From Klebsormidium nitens (Eukaryota > Plantae > Klebsormidiophyceae), in assembly GCA_000708835.1 (NCBI GenBank), contig DF237577.1, forward strand, positions 1-49,560: a DNA stretch of 49,560 nucleotides. Direction: 5' to 3'. The notes beneath the pieces are model-generated. The model was not told the origin of the DNA and did not search any database. It was given only the letters and a program-made list of their open reading frames with translations. Positions 44,701 to 49,560 of the stretch are shown piece after piece (position 1 is the stretch's first letter; each line of letters opens with the position of its first letter). The position numbers and the translations under genes were made by a program.

Positions 44701-47700
44701 TCGCTTCGACTTCCTCCGCACCTCAATTCAGCGAAAACAAGGCCCAACGCGTGCAAAACCCCTTGTAGGAGCACCTGTGCCTGCAGAATGACCTTGAGGT
44801 GTTTTGCAGGATCATTCGTTTTGCCTCTCCTTGCTGTGGTCCTATGCATTCTCCGTCATGATTCCCACCCGATTCATTCCGGCTCCCAGGGGGTTTCTAA
44901 ATGTATCGTTGCTCTGCCGCAGGGTCTTTTCATCAACAATGTCAACGCGCCTCTCGCGCACTCGGTGCAAAATGGTCCTTCGCTGAAGCCCTTCATGGAC
45001 AATGAGTGAGTATGTCAAACATCTCTGACATGTCTCGTTTTGGTTTTCCGTAGTCAGATTGCATTTCAACATTGGAAGGCCACTTGAGGTAAGTTTGGGC
45101 GCCTCAGGCTTTTCAGGGCACTCCAGCCGAACAACTGAGGAGGAAGCTCACTGTTCATATATGGGACCACCCCATCTGCAAAACTTTCTTTGGGAGATTG
45201 TCCCAATCACTAGCACTCTCCCATTACGCACTCTCGATTGTAGTACAGTACCTCAAAGCGCACTTTTCCTCTCTGGTATCTCAAAAGTGCACGCATCAGC
45301 CAGAAAAGTGACACAGAATCCAGTTCTGATACATCAATAAGCAGCAGCTGTCCCTTCCAAGCAGGAAACTGATATTTTTTCTGCATCCTCTTTTGCAGCC
45401 CGGTTTCAGAGAAGAACAAGCCCGTTGTGAAGGACGTAGAGTCCCTCTCGAAGCAGCCATCCACGGACGCAACGCCACGCAAGTACCAAGATCGCGAACT
45501 GAAGTCCAACGCATCCGCCGCAACCCGCCAGATGGAGGACGCCGGGCCGGCGCCAGTGCTTCCTGTCGCTAAGGTAGGCGTCCCCTTTCGCGACTATGAT
45601 GTGACATCAGCGGATGACCTCAGCCACTCCGAGCCATTGAACTTGTCGACTCCGAGATATGAATATCGTCCTAAGTTCGCGTTTGTGAGTATAGCTCTTA
45701 CTGACTGCCCTCTTTTGCTTAGACTGATTCCTTTCTGGTCGTTCGCACCTTACGCAAGCCAGGTCTGCTTCCTGAAGTGCCTTGTTTCATGGCAACCTTC
45801 ACTTAAGAACATCAATCGTGGAGCTTCCTTCTCCTTTTTAGCTTTAGCGAGCTTTCTCCTTGATAGGAAAACAAAGCTGAGCGACTAGCCTCTTAAAACG
45901 CACCCTTTCTTCCGCAGGAGGTACAACCCGCGGAGACCCCTGCGGAAGAAATGGAGCGAGTCACGGCGATTGCGAAAGGGGGCGGGGATGCGGCGGCAAA
46001 TACAGCCAGCAACTCCCTACAAACGCCGAAAGTAAGCACGTTCATCACCTCTTTTCACTGCGGCAGTAGTCAGATCCTCGATGACGGTGACAATCACTGC
46101 TCCTGTCTGCTTCATTGATGTTTCCAATGAAAACGAGGACGAAGATCGACGACTGGCTTGATAAAACGTAGTAGTCAGATCCTCGATAATTGTGACAACC
46201 ACTGCTCCTGTCTGCTTCGTTGATACTTTTCTGAAAAGGAGGACGAAGATTGACGACCGGCTTGCTTAAAGTCGCCTGTTCTTCCGCAGGAGGCACAGCC
46301 GGGGAAGGCGTCTCCGCGCAAGAAGGAGTCGGTCGTCGACGATGAGGGGGTGGAAGGGGCTGATATCGTGGCAAATGGAGCCATTAACGTGATGCAGGCA
46401 GAGGAGGTAAGCATTCTATTGGGCTCTTAACCTACTGATTTCCGCTCCTCTGAAACCGAAGCCGTACATCCCGCCTGTGCTCAAATCTAGACTGGAGTAG
46501 ACGAGAATCAGTGAACATCTGCATTGGAAAGGCAAACCGGAAAATGTTTTTATCCAGAAACAAGTGCCGCAGACTCTCATCTTAAGCGCCAAACTGCAAC
46601 GAAGCTCTTTCCTGCCCCTGGGCCTTGTGTTTCGGATGCTCTTGAAGCGACTTGAAACACGGACTCCTTCTATCTTCAGACCCTTGTAAGCCGCTGTACC
46701 TTCCCGCATAGTTTCGGAATGTCGACATCTCTCGTAGCAATTCCCGCTCCAATCTTCGGCCGGTAACCCGATCACAGCCACGGCCGTCCGACACAAGCGC
46801 TCTGAAACGAAACACTATCCATCCTAACCCAATCCTAACCCAATCCTAACCCAATCCTAACCCTGATTGCAGATCTTCCCCACCGGCGACGGGTCGGACG
46901 TCTTTGCGCCCCGCCAGAAGCTGGCGCGGAGCCCGCCCGGCGCCGCAAAGACCGGGCAGACCACATGCGCCGAGAAGCGCCCGGCGGAGCCCTTCTCGGC
47001 CGACTGGTGGGAGCAGGACAGGCTCGAGCGGAGTTTGCGCGGAGAGAAGCGGCGGAAGAGCGGGTCGAGCCAGACGCTGGACCGCCCGAACTTCATCGAG
47101 ATTGCCGCGATGGGCGCCCACCCCCGATCCGCTGCCAAACCCTCCAAGGTGCGTCCTCTCTACTCTCTGTTCTTGGTATCGTCTGTACGCTCCAAAGTTA
47201 CCTCTGCATACTGCATGCTTTTCGTTTCATCGAAACCACGCGTAAAGTCAGACGGAATGTCGAGCCGACCTCGCAAGCTTGCTGAAAGCCTTCTGTCGAG
47301 TGCAGTGGGGAAAGAAGGGTGGGGGTGTTAATTCTCTGGTTGACGGAGGAGTTATCTCTCGCCGCTTGAGGATATATTGCGCCGATCCCATTTACAGGAT
47401 GGTTACCGGAAAAGATCGAGCAATTTCTGACTTGCAGAGGTGTATCGACACTGCTTTCAGCCACGTCTCTGGCCACATGCAGAGAGTGCTTTTGCAGGCA
47501 CAATCACATCCGGAGTCTAGCTATTTGCGGTCCGGAAAATTCGTTGCTCGTTACGTCACCATATGCTCTCGAGAGTAAATGTCCGACAGTCCACAACTCA
47601 ATCGAACCGTTCGCTTGAGCCAGTTCCTTCATTCGCTTGGAATCTGTGTTCTGTTTCCTTCGGGTTTGCAGCTTGCTTCCAGGAAACGTTGAATCGCAGT

Positions 47701-48138
47701 CTGCTCCTGTTCAAAAAAAACAAAACACAAAAACAACAAAACCAAGAAAACGCTGACCGCATGGCGGGCTTTTCAAGTGGACAGTGAATTTCTTTGGAGA
47801 CCTTTTCTTAACTTTGGTTTCTTCGCGCTTCGCAGGCCCCGAGAGATGCGGAGACGGACCCCATGCAGCTGCCACCTCCCCCGGCGAACTCGGACAGCAC
47901 GCGCGGCGCGGACAGTGGCTCGGACTCGACGGCAGAGAAGGACGAGGCAGCGGCGAGAAGTGCGAGTGGTGGCCTCGCTGAAACGAGGGCCGCTATTGGG
48001 GGAATGGCCACGAGGAAGCTGTCCGGCTTTGGAGCAAAGGTGGAAATTGGGCAGCCCCTTGTGAGTGAGGGAACGGCAGAAGACGGCTGGGCACGCACGT
48101 CGGGTGATCGTAGGCGCAGCAAGCGCTGGATGATGTAA
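38725..48138 (+). CDS. Large multi-exon host gene encoding an intrinsically disordered protein of unknown function; 5' end unresolved
   Basis: Phase-consistent GT-AG exons: 38725-39588, 40069-40665, 41870-41940, 42272-42413, 42865-43005, 43503-43591, 43871-44003, 44478-44591, one small exon in 44.9-45.1 kb, 45399-45573, 45918-46031, 46290-46406, 46873-47148, 47836-48138 (stop). No domain recognised. Confidence 0.75.
42419..42580 (+). repeat. Intronic 81-bp tandem duplication, two TGACGTCA palindromes per unit
   Basis: Units start at 42419 and 42500; period 81. Confidence 0.9.
42455..43124. promoter_or_regulatory. Cluster of eight perfect TGACGTCA (CRE/C-box) palindromes
   Basis: At 42455, 42486, 42536, 42567, 42605, 42983, 43032, 43117. 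Regulatory function is inferred only. Confidence 0.4.
46065..46270 (+). repeat. Intronic ~105-bp tandem duplication
   Basis: AGTAGTCAGATCCTCGAT...CACTGCTCCTGTCTGCTTC...GAGGACGAAGAT.GACGAC.GGCTTG starts at 46065 and 46170. Confidence 0.9.
46820..46863 (+). repeat. (A/C)ATCCTAACCC x4 minisatellite just upstream of a 3' splice site
   Basis: Four 11-bp units followed by TGATTGCAG|ATC (acceptor AG at 46871-46872). Confidence 0.9.
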
Positions 48139-49560
48139 CTGGCAGGCGGGATGAAGCAGGCTCAGTAGGGACGACATTGTCACGCAGTGATTTGTTAATT
48201 ACGTAGTCTAATTTGAGGAAGAAAGTCAAAACTGCGGGCCCTACCATATGTTGATATTTTGTGAGGAGTAACGTTGTAGAGCGTCGAACCGGATGGGTGA
48301 GACAGCGCTTGAAATGAGTGAGCCGCCGTCACTGTGTGGTACCCTGCGACAGTTCTGGAGACTGCGATACGAGAGAGTACAAAAAGGAGCACTGAAGAGG
48401 ATTAGCCGAACGCTTGAACGTTTTCTGTTGGGTTGATTTGGAGCGCCAGCGGCAGATTGCTGTTCCTACGTAGGACTATCGTCAAAGAGTAGAGGGGGCC
48501 AAGTACACACAGAAGAGAGATCAAGAGCGCGCCCTCATAAGATCATTGGATGAGGCAGGGAGTCAGTTTTCTACTACTGTAGATACGTAAAACAGCTTTT
48601 TAAACTAAGAATCTAAGTTTGGCGCTGGCTTAGAACGATCAGGCGATAGGTTCAATCATTGATAGTGAGAAGTTACCGGTAGAATACAATCGGCAGAAGA
48701 ACAGGTTTTGGTTTCTGTTCTGGATATGATCTGCTATCAGATGTGTTTCGGACTTATATTTGATTTAAAGATTTTACCCGGCATCGAACCTGACTCACGG
48801 CCACATCCAACTGTATCCGCAGAAACAAGGCCCGGTCCTGCTCGTTAAAGTCTAAGCACGTTGTTTATTGCACGCCCGGCCGGGCAGCGCTGTCATGTCG
48901 CTGCCATATGATCCACGTACATGGTCCAAACAACTGGTCATATGAATATATGTTAACTCGACGTACAAATCCTACGAGTGACGGTTGGACACAGGGGTCG
49001 CAAGCTGCCAGCTTGAGGGCTGGGAAAGCAGAAACCGAACAGATGGCAATTATGCAATGAACTTGTCGCGCGTATAGCAAAATCTACGGCGAAATTTGAC
49101 CACTACGGTTGGATCCCTCTATGTGGTTATGACATTCAGAATATAGTATCATGAAAGTGTAATCTTACCAGGTAAATAGCTTTTTTTAATAAGCTCACAA
49201 AATCAGGACGGCTTGGTCCACCGCTTATGCCCCCCCAGAAAAATGTTGGTTTTGTAGAACAAGGTGTCCTGAAGTCACATGCAAAAATCCAGATAGGCAC
49301 TCGCGCTGGACCTCCGGGTTTTCTGCTTCCCAACCATTTTGCCTGGCAGCTTGCGACCCCTGGTTGGACATGCGGCATGCATGCTGCACATGTGTGCATG
49401 TCGAAACGTCGTCCACCTCGTTTCTTCAAGTTGAGCTTGTGCGCTCATAACGCATCGCGGCGCACGAATGGTCAAACCTGCCTCGTTTGCCGCGCGAACA
49501 AGGGGGGATCAGATTGTGTGGATTCAAAGTAGGGAGATCAATGGTGATGTCACGATGTAT

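Noticed and set aside
46820-46863. True chromosome end or telomere
   Set aside because: Only 44 bp, 11-bp period, internal to an intron of a continuing gene.
48400-49560. Short ORFs and palindromic ATGCAT/CACATGTG-rich stretch at the window end
   Set aside because: No coding motif, splice pattern or defined repeat unit; left unannotated.
1-49560. rRNA, tRNA or prokaryotic operon/defence system
   Set aside because: No such sequences recognised; intron-containing genes show a eukaryotic locus.

Overview
Eukaryotic nuclear DNA. GC-rich exons and GT-AG introns of 0.2-1.2 kb suggest a green or streptophyte alga such as Klebsormidium; that host assignment is inference. About 1-22.6 kb and 29.9-35 kb are densely packed, intronless, partly decayed genes of giant-virus (Nucleocytoviricota) character, i.e. 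an endogenised and rearranged viral region. These include a P9-like minor capsid protein, Bro-N and MSV199/T5orf172 proteins, SWIB, a DUF5767-like gene, a SAM methyltransferase, a fibre-like repeat protein and a tyrosine-recombinase-like remnant. Intron-containing host genes are interleaved: an intact 4-exon universal stress protein, an EsV-1-7 repeat gene and a large disordered-protein gene at 38.7-48.1 kb. Most notable observations: (i) a WNK-like pseudokinase fused to an intact-looking response-regulator receiver domain inside the viral cassette; (ii) two head-to-head arrays of a ~115-bp repeat around a shared TGTCC core that bracket the best-preserved ~9.4-kb viral cassette; (iii) a second, dispersed ~140-bp repeat with internal inverted repeats, about 9 copies; (iv) a ~25-kb inversion marked by a 53-bp inverted duplication that splits a host gene. 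All domain calls come from motif recognition by eye; no searches were run.
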